NCBI GenBank assembly: GCA_964057225.1
Contig: OZ059895.1
Coordinates: 12,524,001-12,588,000, forward strand
DNA: 64,000 nt
DNA from: Auanema rhodensis
Lineage: Eukaryota; Animalia; Nematoda
Direction: 5' to 3'
The notes under the pieces were generated by a model that was not told where the DNA came from, searched no databases, and saw only the letters and a list, made by a program, of their open reading frames with translations. Shown one piece after another: positions 27,044-37,800 of the stretch. Position 1 is the first letter of the stretch. Each line of letters opens with the position of its first letter. The position numbers and the translations under genes are program-made.

Positions 27044-30000
27044 CAAAGTAGAAAAGGAAACAGTCAAAACAAAGAAGACACTTCCGTTCATACCGCTATT
27101 CTTATCCGTCATCGCCCTATCTATGATACCTTGCCAGGCAGATAACACCTATCAACTCTGCATTGGCAAACGAGGAGGCATTTTCCTCGAACCACCTCGC
27201 CCAACCACCTGCTCAGACTATGCACACAAGGACGGAGTCGAGATAAAAACAGTGGAACTATTCGCAGAAAATATGAATTACAAGGAATGGGAAGCATGGA
27301 AATGCGCCAAGGAAATCTATAAAACGTGCGCCCACGACTTATTCTTCATCAGGGAAAATAACGTTACATTACTCCGAATAGAACCAGCCACTCCACAAGA
27401 ATGCCAAACAGCCATTCAAGAAAGACGACACATGGATAACGACCTCAATCGCGAAGCACCAGGACTATTCAAAGCCCCTATGCCATCTAGTACACAATCA
27501 AAATCGTTTTGGGCATCCTCTTGCACAACCAAGTCAAGATTCACCTTAGAAAGAGGAATGATGACTAGCCTACACGATGACACTATAATCTCCGACTTAT
27601 TCATCAACACTGAAGGATGCACTAAGCAACAAGGAGTATGCAACACCACCAACGCAGTTATCACATGGATCCCACCCAATGATCATCGAAATTGCGACTA
27701 CACGACATTAGGGAAATTCGAAGCACTAATCAACAATGATACTGTATTAATCTCGGAAATACAAGGAGCATTCATTCTCAAAAACAACACGCCAGACCCT
27801 ACAGCTACAAGATGTATGAATACAAGCATCTACTCAACTGATAGTGGTACGTACATTTCCATCAAGGACTTAAAAACACACCGACGTCAAAAGAGGATGG
27901 CACCCCAAGAATATCCTACGAGATTCTTCAATATCACTATCTACAAATCACTTCGCCTCACAGACAGTTCTACAGGTATACTACCTATGTACCAGACATA
28001 TCGAAATAGGAAAAGACTGGACAACGCTTATAACCTTATGGAATATCTCAAGACATCTAGCGTACACATAGGTTTCATCAAATTCCTTCAACTAGATTCA
28101 TCAAAACTGAAGAACCGACTCTTATGGCACAACTACACTGACATCAACATGGTTATCCTGCACACACTTGCAGAAGCTGAGATTCGACTTTCTACGAAAA
28201 TTGCCATCGAACACCTACTGCCATCAGAGATCACGGCAAAACTCAGCAAGCAAATCACTATCAGCGACTTTGCCACACGTCTACTCAACTACGAAGGCGA
28301 TTATCTCGACCGAGCAAGACAAATAGCAATTGAAATAGCTCACACACCTACCACTCTGGCAATAGGAGAGACTATTCCATCAATGGAGGACTATCTGTAC
28401 CAACTGTACCCACCCAGGATGACAAAACTGCCTAGATCACGCACTGACACACAGTTCTACACCCAGATGGATCAAATACAGGAGTTTCTTGATTATCTAG
28501 AGCAAAACAATCGTCTAACTCGGATATCAAAAGAACAAAGAGAGACAGAAAATAAGAAATGGGCAGATCTCACAAAACAGGCAAATTCGTCAGCAATCGT
28601 CTTTCCCAACTATACCCTCATCTTCAACGGACACGCACAAAATTATGGGTTGCCCAAAAATCAACCTACAATCAGACCTATCACGGATGAAGACAGCAAA
28701 TTATTTCAACAAGCATATCTTCAGCTCATTGAGTCACCTGGTGCTAGCCCCACAACGACCACTACTACAACCACCACAACCACTACATCGACTACCACAT
28801 CAACTGCCCCGACAACTACTACTCATCGGACGTCTCCACCTCAACCTACAACTACACCAAGGAGATATTACTATTACCAGAGTACAACAACTCCAGTAAC
28901 TCCACCACCACGTCCTCTCACCACCACATCCCGCAGGGAATCTACTAGGACACTTCCAACAACTCGGACTACTACAAAGCGAGCAACAACGACCCAACCG
29001 ATTGAGGAAATCAAATCTCACACTGGATCACAAGCACACCTCAATTTCCTACGAACACGAGCAGATATCATTCAAAAATACGACGATCAACTACGCCAAC
29101 AAGATACAAGGTCCCACCTCCAATACTCTACGTCAAAACTAGAGGAGGAAATCTTACAATCTTTCCAAATAACAAAGAAAAACGTATGCAGAATGCAAAA
29201 TAAGCAGCTACTTACCTGGTGGGCAATCCTGCAGATTAATCCGACTATAGGAATTCGCACTATGCTTCGTCGACAGGATATTTCAGCAAAGTTTGTTGGA
29301 GAACATCTTATTTACGTCATGCCATGCACCCCTGTACAAGTAACACGTGTATACTCGGATCACAAACGAGACGATAAATGTTACCTGGAGACACCGGTAG
29401 ACACGGAACATCACGGAAAACTCTTCATCACACCAGGATCAAGAGATTTAACACCATTTGCCCACATCATAGCATGCGATATGGCTACATCAGATCCCTA
29501 CAGAGAAAACAATCAATGGATGAAAGATAATTCAACATTGAATGTGACTAACTTCTCATTTTCGGATGAACTCACATCTGTAAAAATTGATCACATTAAG
29601 TTTAACAATTCCAACATATTTTCAAACCTCACGGAGTCAACATTTCCAATGGCACTGGCTATTTCCTACGGCTCTAGCCTAGCATCTTTACAAGCAACTA
29701 TGCCAGGAAAATTGAAACCAGTCTTCAAACACTCTGGACTATCCAGTCTGAATCCAATAGGAATTATAGGAGGAACAGTTGGAACGACATTAATGATAGC
29801 AGATAACATATCAAACAACGCGGAGAAACAAATCACAAATTTCTTTGGATACATAGGAGAATCAATTACAGCATGGATACTAAGGACACTAGCAATTATT
29901 GGAGCAATCATCGTCACAATAGGACTCATAACTGTTACCATTTGGGCATTAAAAATATATGCATGTACCACAATGATACCAATCAATCAAATTACATTCA

Positions 30001-30515
30001 ACGAACAAGACGAAGAACCAAGAGGAGAGGACAAACAATTCGAATTAAAACCATTAGTCACTTCTCAGCAAGAGAAATTATATACAAGAACCTCTCGATA
30101 TGATCCTGACGCCCCACTATCAGATAATGACTTTTTCGCCTATCTACCACGGTATGCTATGAAAGAATCAAGGATTAACTACATCGGAGGATCACGACTA
30201 CCTTTCGTACCTCTCTCCATTCACAATCAGATCTTTACTGCTTTATGGGACACAGGAGCTTCTATATCATACATGAAGGAAAATACATTTCAACAACTAC
30301 CGGCAGCAACAATGGTTATGGAAAAGACAACAGCCATTGTAGCAAACAAATCACGATTTTCTTTCCTGGGCTACACAAGAATCCCAATTATTATCGGGAA
30401 GACAGAAATCGAGCACAAAGTACTGATTTCTGCCAACAACCACTGCCCAGCACCAATATTATTAGGAATAGATTTTGTAGTGGTCGTAAAGATGTATTTA
30501 TTCCTATTTTGTTGA
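26997..30515 (+). CDS. env: Env (gB-like class III glycoprotein, about 27081-29970) fused to aspartic protease (about 30190-30473); terminated by fold-back insertion
   Basis: Signal-like LPFIPLFLSVIALSMIPCQA; Cys-rich ectodomain with N-glycosylation sequons; furin RRQKR at 27882-27896; TM WILRTLAIIGAIIVTIGLITVTIW; protease ALWDTGAS and ILLGIDF. Confidence 0.85.
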   Translation, partial: RHRDRTRSPSVRFHVNKVEKETVKTKKTLPFIPLFLSVIALSMIPCQADNTYQLCIGKRGGIFLEPPRPTTCSDYAHKDGVEIKTVELFAENMNYKEWEAWKCAKEIYKTCAHDLFFIRENNVTLLRIEPATPQECQTAIQERRHMDNDLNREAPGLFKAPMPSSTQSKSFWASSCTTKSRFTLERGMMTSLHDDTIISDLFINTEGCTKQQGVCNTTNAVITWIPPNDHRNCDYTTLGKFEALINNDTVLISEIQGAFILKNNTPDPTATRCMNTSIYSTDSGTYISIKDLKTHRRQKRMAPQEYPTRFFNITIYKSLRLTDSSTGILPMYQTYRNRKRLDNAYNLMEYLKTSSVHIGFIKFLQLDSSKLKNRLLWHNYTDINMVILHTLAEAEIRLSTKIAIEHLLPSEITAKLSKQITISDFATRLLNYEGDYLDRARQIAIEIAHTPTTLAIGETIPSMEDYLYQLYPPRMTKLPRSRTDTQFYTQMDQIQEFLDYLEQNNRLTRISKEQRETENKKWADLTKQANSSAIVFPNYTLIFNGHAQNYGLPKNQPTIRPITDEDSKLFQQAYLQLIESPGASPTTTTTTTTTTTTSTTTSTAPTTTTHRTSPPQPTTTPRRYYYYQSTTTPVTPPPRPLTTTSRRESTRTLPTTRTTTKRATTTQPIEEIKSHTGSQAHLNFLRTRADIIQKYDDQLRQQDTRSHLQYSTSKLEEEILQSFQITKKNVCRMQNKQLLTWWAILQINPTIGIRTMLRRQDISAKFVGEHLIYVMPCTPVQVTRVYSDHKRDDKCYLETPVDTEHHGKLFITPGSRDLTPFAHIIACDMATSDPYRENNQWMKDNSTLNVTNFSFSDELTSVKIDHIKFNNSNIFSNLTESTFPMALAISYGSSLASLQATMPGKLKPVFKHSGLSSLNPIGIIGGTVGTTLMIADNISNNAEKQITNFFGYIGESITAWILRTLAIIGAIIVTIGLITVTIWALKIYACTTMIPINQITFNEQDEEPRGEDKQFELKPLVTSQQEKLYTRTSRYDPDAPLSDNDFFAYLPRYAMKESRINYIGGSRLPFVPLSIHNQIFTALWDTGASISYMKENTFQQLPAATMVMEKTTAIVANKSRFSFLGYTRIPIIIGKTEIEHKVLISANNHCPAPILLGIDFVVVVKMYLFLFC

Positions 30516-30576
30516 GAGCTTCATAGAAGCTCTCAACAAAATAGGAATAAATACATCTTTACGACCACTACAAAAT
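30472..30576. repeat. Perfect inverted repeat, 51-bp arms, 3-nt loop
   Basis: 30472-30522 is the exact reverse complement of 30526-30576. Confidence 0.97.
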
Positions 30577-33500
30577 TCACTACTAATTGGAGACACAATA
30601 GTACCTTTAGCACAAGACTACGCGCCATGGACTGAGAACCACACGATAGCACACGTCGTAAGCCTGGAAACTAAACAGTTCTACCCAGGAGAAACCAGAT
30701 CGCTTACATTGGAAGTAGACGATCCCGCCTCTTACGAACAAGCTTTCATTAGAAGCTCACAGCGGACAGGAAAAATGAGTTTCGCCCCTACTACTTTCAC
30801 CCCAACGGGATATGGAGTTCAGATATTTGCTACAAATATCTCTCCAGACACAATTGTAGTACAGACAAATCAAGGCATTGGAACAGCTTACGCTATCCCG
30901 AAAAACACGGAGGAGCAAAAAGGACAATATGTGCCACCAGAAGCAAGATGGGAAGATCAACTACCATACTTCCCAGAGGACTTTATAAAAGACCTCGATG
31001 TAACAAACACCATCTTTACTCAGCTAGAGAGACAACAGTTAAAGAAAATAGTGCTCAGAAACAAGGAAGCTTTCTTAAACGAGGATCGCAATATTGGACT
31101 TTTCAAAGGACCAGTGGAACATAGCATCCCGATCATCGAAGGAAAAGTTCCATCTTTCAAGATCACGTACAGAATACCTCTATCACAACAAGAAGAAGTA
31201 GAAAAACAAGTGGAGGAAATGTTAGAACAAGGAATAATTGAGCCATCTTTTTCTATGACTACCAGTCCCGTAATATTGGTCAAGAAAAAGGATAAAACGT
31301 ACAGATTTGTGACTGATTTTCGAGCACTCAACGCAATAACGCAAAAACAAATCTACGTTATATCTAACATTCAAGACATTTTGGACCTAGCAGCCGGAGC
31401 GCGTATCCTCAGTAACTTTGATCTAGTATCTGGATTCTTTCAAATCCCTCTTAGATCAGAAGATAGACACCTCACCGCATTCACTACTACGAGCGGAACT
31501 TATCAATACTGCAGAATGCCGATGGGACTCTGCGGAGCTCCACACACATTCCAAAATGCTGTACGATATTTACAACAACACGTACGATGCAAGCTCTTCG
31601 TCTATCTCGACGATCTACTTCTCATATCGGAATCAACGACGAAACATTTACAAGATATCGACGAAGTACTGAACGCATCAGCAGAGCTAGGATTAAAAAT
31701 CAAGCTTAAGAAATGTACCTTTGGACAACAAGAAGTCAAATTCCTAGGATTCATTGTTGGACACGAAGGAATAAAACCAGACCCTCAGAAAGTAAAAGCA
31801 ATCCAAGATTATCCAAGACCGAAATCAATAACAGGAGTTCGAGCATTTATGGGAGTTGTGAACTACTTTCGCAGATTTATTAGAAATGCCGCAGGCATTG
31901 CGTCACCACTTTATGAGCTCACGAAAAAGGATACAGCTTTCAAATGGGGAGATGCAGAAGAACAAGCATTTCAACAACTTAAACAGATACTCTGTCAAGC
32001 TCCTGTACTACAAGCACCTATAGCAAAACGACCTTACGTCATTGAAAGCGACGGAAGTATAATTGCAGTTGGCGCAGTACTATTACAGGCTAAAGACGAC
32101 AAGGAACCACTTCACCCAATTGCATTTGCCAGCCGAAAACTGAACAAAGCCGAACGGAATTACCCGCCAATTGAAATCGAAGCCCTAGCACTCACTTTCG
32201 CAGTACATCAATTTCGGACTTACATACTAGGCACACCAATAAGAATCATCACCGATCACAGGCCTCTTACTAGCCTCATGACAAGAAAAGATCTTATTGG
32301 CAGGCTAGCAAAATTTCAAATCGTATTACAAGAATACGACATCGAGATAGTGTATCGCCCAGGACGTCTTAACAGCGTCTGTGATGCACTTTCACGATAT
32401 TTTGAAGACGAAGTCAACGAAGCCAAGGAAAGAAAGAAGAAACCAAAAGAAACTCCTACACACAAAATCTCGACTATTTCAACTATTACGGACCTTCGGA
32501 CCATTCAAGGCAATACAGAATGGATCATGGAAACAAAAGAAAAGATTCGGAACAAAACAGCAGGAAGGCAACTAATGGATCGATATATCGTTGTGAACGA
32601 CGCTCTGTATGCAAAACCCAAAACAGCTTTACAAACTCCGCGAGCCATTCTACCAAACGATCCAGCAATCACAATACCAATTATAGAAAAATTTCATAAA
32701 GACCCAATTCTCGGAGCGCATCTAGGAATCAATAAGACTCAAGATTCCATTTTGCGGCGGTATACTTGGACCGGAATACAGGACGACATCACAAAATACG
32801 TCAACAGATGTCTCGACTGTGCAAAGAGGAAAAACAACCCACACGAAGCCACTGTCGAGCCAATGAGAAATTTTCCAACAGTAACCCATCCATGGGAAAG
32901 GGTTCACATGGATATACTTGGACCACTACCTCGGACCGCAAATGATAAAAGATACATTTTATCAATACAAGACGCTTTTTCAAAATGGATCATAGCGATA
33001 CCGCTCATTCGTCAAACATCAGAAGAAATAATAGCGGCTATTAAAACACACTTGTTTTATGTTTTTGGACCCCCCAAGAAAATCATCACAGACAATGGAG
33101 CAAATTTTGTTTCAAAGGAATTCAAAAACATGTGTGATGATCTTGGATCGGAACATCACACAACTATGCCATACTACAAAAACGCAAATGGTCAAGTGGA
33201 ACGGCTACACAGAACACTGGAAGAAGCATTAACTTCCTACGTTAATGACGATCAAGACAATTGGGATATCATTCTACCAAATATTGTTTTTACGATGAAT
33301 CGACTACCAAACGCTACTACTCGCACACCACCCTACGATTGTCTGTTTGGACAAACAGCTCGGTTACCAATAGATAAGGACTTAGAAACCCCAGGAGCCA
33401 CAATCAAGAACGCCCCGGACTTACACGAGAAGATTCATGAAAGGATAGAGTTGAATAATGAAAGAATGAAGAAGAAATACGACAAAAATCACAGGACGCA

Positions 33501-34308
33501 GGAAAGAGAGATCTTCGTGGAAAATAGAGCACTCGTCAAGCGAGCAAAGCCAGCAAATAAATTACAAACAACAAGCGATGGACCATATATAATCAAGGAA
33601 ATAAACGGAAATAACGTAATATTAGCAGATAGCGAAGGGAATACGATTATAGCTCACAAGAATAATATAAGATACTTTCCACCCGACGATAACAACGTCG
33701 AAGAAAGCGAGCACAACAGAAACGACTCCGCACCCGCCATTTATAGCGACGGCTCACAGCAGGATACGGAAAATACGCGCGCTAAAAATAGCACGCCCAC
33801 CACAACATCAATCTCTGATTCAGAAATCGACAACGAGGACGAATTCTACGAACAAAGCCGACCTTCAATAACACCACAAGAAACAATAGCACCACAGGAA
33901 ATTACGCGGGAAACACAACAGGACAATTATCAAGCAGAAACCGGACCGAATACGGCAGACAAGTCAGCTACGGACAAGGACGAAAACAACTTATTTCAAC
34001 AACTTGTCGATAAAATTGGAGAAGAAACAAGGCAAGAGCTCTATGAAGAAAGACGTAAAGAGATACCCACAACCAAAAGATGGAGCTCAGCCCTCAAGTT
34101 GGCACTTGGAATAGAAGACAAAAATCCTATAACCGCTCCAAAACCATTCCACGTACCAATAAGGTACAACAGCGTGATACCCACCTTAGAGTCTAAAAAC
34201 AGGCTCACACGCTCTCAGATACCTGATGCTCATTTCGATTCTCCAAAAACACCGGTTGTACGAAAGAAACGACCTTCAACAGTGATTGGAGCAACAACAA
34301 CCATTTAA
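30520..34308 (+). CDS. pol: Pol: RT - RNase H - integrase with long C-terminal extension (frame open from 30520)
   Basis: SPVILVKKKD, DFRALN, MPMGL, YLDD; DGS...AFASRKL...EALA, TDHRPL; H-H-C-C zinc finger, MDILGP, TDNG, NGQVER, GPY. Confidence 0.96.
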   Translation, partial: FIEALNKIGINTSLRPLQNSLLIGDTIVPLAQDYAPWTENHTIAHVVSLETKQFYPGETRSLTLEVDDPASYEQAFIRSSQRTGKMSFAPTTFTPTGYGVQIFATNISPDTIVVQTNQGIGTAYAIPKNTEEQKGQYVPPEARWEDQLPYFPEDFIKDLDVTNTIFTQLERQQLKKIVLRNKEAFLNEDRNIGLFKGPVEHSIPIIEGKVPSFKITYRIPLSQQEEVEKQVEEMLEQGIIEPSFSMTTSPVILVKKKDKTYRFVTDFRALNAITQKQIYVISNIQDILDLAAGARILSNFDLVSGFFQIPLRSEDRHLTAFTTTSGTYQYCRMPMGLCGAPHTFQNAVRYLQQHVRCKLFVYLDDLLLISESTTKHLQDIDEVLNASAELGLKIKLKKCTFGQQEVKFLGFIVGHEGIKPDPQKVKAIQDYPRPKSITGVRAFMGVVNYFRRFIRNAAGIASPLYELTKKDTAFKWGDAEEQAFQQLKQILCQAPVLQAPIAKRPYVIESDGSIIAVGAVLLQAKDDKEPLHPIAFASRKLNKAERNYPPIEIEALALTFAVHQFRTYILGTPIRIITDHRPLTSLMTRKDLIGRLAKFQIVLQEYDIEIVYRPGRLNSVCDALSRYFEDEVNEAKERKKKPKETPTHKISTISTITDLRTIQGNTEWIMETKEKIRNKTAGRQLMDRYIVVNDALYAKPKTALQTPRAILPNDPAITIPIIEKFHKDPILGAHLGINKTQDSILRRYTWTGIQDDITKYVNRCLDCAKRKNNPHEATVEPMRNFPTVTHPWERVHMDILGPLPRTANDKRYILSIQDAFSKWIIAIPLIRQTSEEIIAAIKTHLFYVFGPPKKIITDNGANFVSKEFKNMCDDLGSEHHTTMPYYKNANGQVERLHRTLEEALTSYVNDDQDNWDIILPNIVFTMNRLPNATTRTPPYDCLFGQTARLPIDKDLETPGATIKNAPDLHEKIHERIELNNERMKKKYDKNHRTQEREIFVENRALVKRAKPANKLQTTSDGPYIIKEINGNNVILADSEGNTIIAHKNNIRYFPPDDNNVEESEHNRNDSAPAIYSDGSQQDTENTRAKNSTPTTTSISDSEIDNEDEFYEQSRPSITPQETIAPQEITRETQQDNYQAETGPNTADKSATDKDENNLFQQLVDKIGEETRQELYEERRKEIPTTKRWSSALKLALGIEDKNPITAPKPFHVPIRYNSVIPTLESKNRLTRSQIPDAHFDSPKTPVVRKKRPSTVIGATTTI

Positions 34309-34528
34309 TCAAAAATAGAAACTTTTCGGGAAAATAACTTTATTCATTAATTTTTTTTTATTAATTTATAATAATTCATTCTATCTGCTACCCAAACAAC
34401 AAAAACAATGTTTTCCCCAATCATCAATCTTAATATCTATGTATCACAAAATATATACTTACCTATTTGTTTCACCCTATATAAGCTCAAAATTCACCTC
34501 AAGCAGAAAAACTCCCAGCACCACAAGA

Positions 34529-34885
34529 ATGGCACTCGTCTTCCCTCCACCAGCCTGCGAGACACCTATCGCGATGATCAAGGAAAAGTGGATCAAGATT
34601 CATTCGCTCCAGATAGAACTACAACAACTGGAGACAACAAACAACAGGACTAAAAAGATAAGAATTCTCCAATCATTTTCGGAGAATTTAGCCAGAGTTA
34701 CTCTATTAATAGAGACTCTGGAAAGGTTACAATGTTCATGTAACAATGATGAAGAAGAGATGGCCAAAATGGCGCAAAACTGGTCCGAGGCCACTGCCCG
34801 CACCAAAGCCACCATCAACAAACTACGCGAAGATCTAGGCTATCCAGCCTCCAAAAATGTAGCTAGCGCGGATCTCATCCCAAGA
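34529..34885 (+). pseudogene. Truncated first copy of accessory ORF2
   Basis: Matches 43479 onward until cut by the inversion junction at 34884-34885. Confidence 0.8.
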
Positions 34886-37800
34886 CGATGATTGCTCCAA
34901 TAATTGCTAGTGTCCTTAGTATCCATGCTGTAATTGATTCTCCTATGTATCCAAAGAAATTTGTGATTTGTTTCTCCGCGTTGTTTGATATGTTATCTGC
35001 TATCATTAATGTCGTTCCAACTGTTCCTCCTATAATTCCTATTGGATTCAGACTGGATAGTCCAGAGTTTTTGAAGACTGGTTTCAATTTTCCTGGCATA
35101 GTTGCTTGTAAAGATGCTAGGCTAGAGCCGTAGGAAATAGCCAGTGCCATTGGAAATGTTGACTCCGTGAGGTTTGAAAATATGTTGGAATTGTTAAACT
35201 TAATGTGATCAATTTTTACAGATGTGAGTTCATCCGAAAATGAGAAGTTAGTCACATTCAATGTTGAATTATCTTTCATCCATTGATTGTTTTCTCTGTA
35301 GGGATCTGATGTAGCCATATCGCATGCTATGATGTGGGCAAATGGTGTTAAATCTCTTGATCCTGGTGTGATGAAGAGTTTTCCGTGATGTTCCGTGTCT
35401 ACCGGTGTCTCCAGGTAACATTTATCGTCTCGTTTGTGATCCGAGTATACACGTGTTACTTGTACAGGGGTGCATGGCATGACGTAAATAAGATGTTCTC
35501 CAACAAACTTTGCTGAAATATCCTGTCGACGAAGCATAGTGCGAATTCCTATAGTCGGATTAATCTGCAGGATTGCCCACCAGGTAAGTAGCTGCTTATT
35601 TTGCATTCTGCATACGTTTTTCTTTGTTATTTGGAAAGATTGTAAGATTTCCTCCTCTAGTTTTGACGTAGAGTATTGGAGGTGGGACCTTGTATCTTGT
35701 TGGCGTAGTTGATCGTCGTATTTTTGAATGATATCTGCTCGTGTTCGTAGGAAATTGAGGTGTGCTTGTGATCCAGTGTGAGATTTGATTTCCTCAATCG
35801 GTTGGGTCGTTGTTGCTCGCTTTGTAGTAGTCCGAGTTGTTGGAAGTGTCCTAGTAGATTCCCTGCGGGATGTGGTGGTGAGAGGACGTGGTGGTGGAGT
35901 TACTGGAGTTGTTGTACTCTGGTAATAGTAATATCTCCTTGGTGTAGTTGTAGGTTGAGGTGGAGACGTCCGATGAGTAGTAGTTGTCGGGGCAGTTGAT
36001 GTGGTAGTCGATGTAGTGGTTGTGGTGGTTGTAGTAGTGGTCGTTGTGGGGCTAGCACCAGGTGACTCAATGAGCTGAAGATATGCTTGTTGAAATAATT
36101 TGCTGTCTTCATCCGTGATAGGTCTGATTGTAGGTTGATTTTTGGGCAACCCATAATTTTGTGCGTGTCCGTTGAAGATGAGGGTATAGTTGGGAAAGAC
36201 GATTGCTGACGAATTTGCCTGTTTTGTGAGATCTGCCCATTTCTTATTTTCTGTCTCTCTTTGTTCTTTTGATATCCGAGTTAGACGATTGTTTTGCTCT
36301 AGATAATCAAGAAACTCCTGTATTTGATCCATCTGGGTGTAGAACTGTGTGTCAGTGCGTGATCTAGGCAGTTTTGTCATCCTGGGTGGGTACAGTTGGT
36401 ACAGATAGTCCTCCATTGATGGAATAGTCTCTCCTATTGCCAGAGTGGTAGGTGTGTGAGCTATTTCAATTGCTATTTGTCTTGCTCGGTCGAGATAATC
36501 GCCTTCGTAGTTGAGTAGACGTGTGGCAAAGTCGCTGATAGTGATTTGCTTGCTGAGTTTTGCCGTGATCTCTGATGGCAGTAGGTGTTCGATGGCAATT
36601 TTCGTAGAAAGTCGAATCTCAGCTTCTGCAAGTGTGTGCAGGATAACCATGTTGATGTCAGTGTAGTTGTGCCATAAGAGTCGGTTCTTCAGTTTTGATG
36701 AATCTAGTTGAAGGAATTTGATGAAACCTATGTGTACGCTAGATGTCTTGAGATATTCCATAAGGTTATAAGCGTTGTCCAGTCTTTTCCTATTTCGATA
36801 TGTCTGGTACATAGGTAGTATACCTGTAGAACTGTCTGTGAGGCGAAGTGATTTGTAGATAGTGATATTGAAGAATCTCGTAGGATATTCTTGGGGTGCC
36901 ATCCTCTTTTGACGTCGGTGTGTTTTTAAGTCCTTGATGGAAATGTACGTACCACTATCAGTTGAGTAGATGCTTGTATTCATACATCTTGTAGCTGTAG
37001 GGTCTGGCGTGTTGTTTTTGAGAATGAATGCTCCTTGTATTTCCGAGATTAATACAGTATCATTGTTGATTAGTGCTTCGAATTTCCCTAATGTCGTGTA
37101 GTCGCAATTTCGATGATCATTGGGTGGGATCCATGTGATAACTGCGTTGGTGGTGTTGCATACTCCTTGTTGCTTAGTGCATCCTTCAGTGTTGATGAAT
37201 AAGTCGGAGATTATAGTGTCATCGTGTAGGCTAGTCATCATTCCTCTTTCTAAGGTGAATCTTGACTTGGTTGTGCAAGAGGATGCCCAAAACGATTTTG
37301 ATTGTGTACTAGATGGCATAGGGGCTTTGAATAGTCCTGGTGCTTCGCGATTGAGGTCGTTATCCATGTGTCGTCTTTCTTGAATGGCTGTTTGGCATTC
37401 TTGTGGAGTGGCTGGTTCTATTCGGAGTAATGTAACGTTATTTTCCCTGATGAAGAATAAGTCGTGGGCGCACGTTTTATAGATTTCCTTGGCGCATTTC
37501 CATGCTTCCCATTCCTTGTAATTCATAATTTCTGCGAATAGTTCCACTGTTTTTATCTCGACTCCGTCCTTGTGTGCATAGTCTGAGCAGGTGGTTGGGC
37601 GAGGTGGTTCGAGGAAAATGCCTCCTCGTTTGCCAATGCAGAGTTGATAGGTGTTATCTGCCTGGCAAGGTATCATAGATAGGGCGATGACGGATAAGAA
37701 TAGCGGTATGAACGGAAGTGTCTTCTTTGTTTTGACTGTTTCCTTTTCTACTTTGTTAACGTGAAAACGGACGCTGGGGCTTCTTGTGCGATCTCTGTGC

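Noticed and set aside
30477-30516. 40-nt GT..AG intron that would restore the PR-RT frame
   Set aside because: Weak donor and acceptor, buried in a perfect hairpin, and fully explained as an inverted duplication; RNA-seq could still test it
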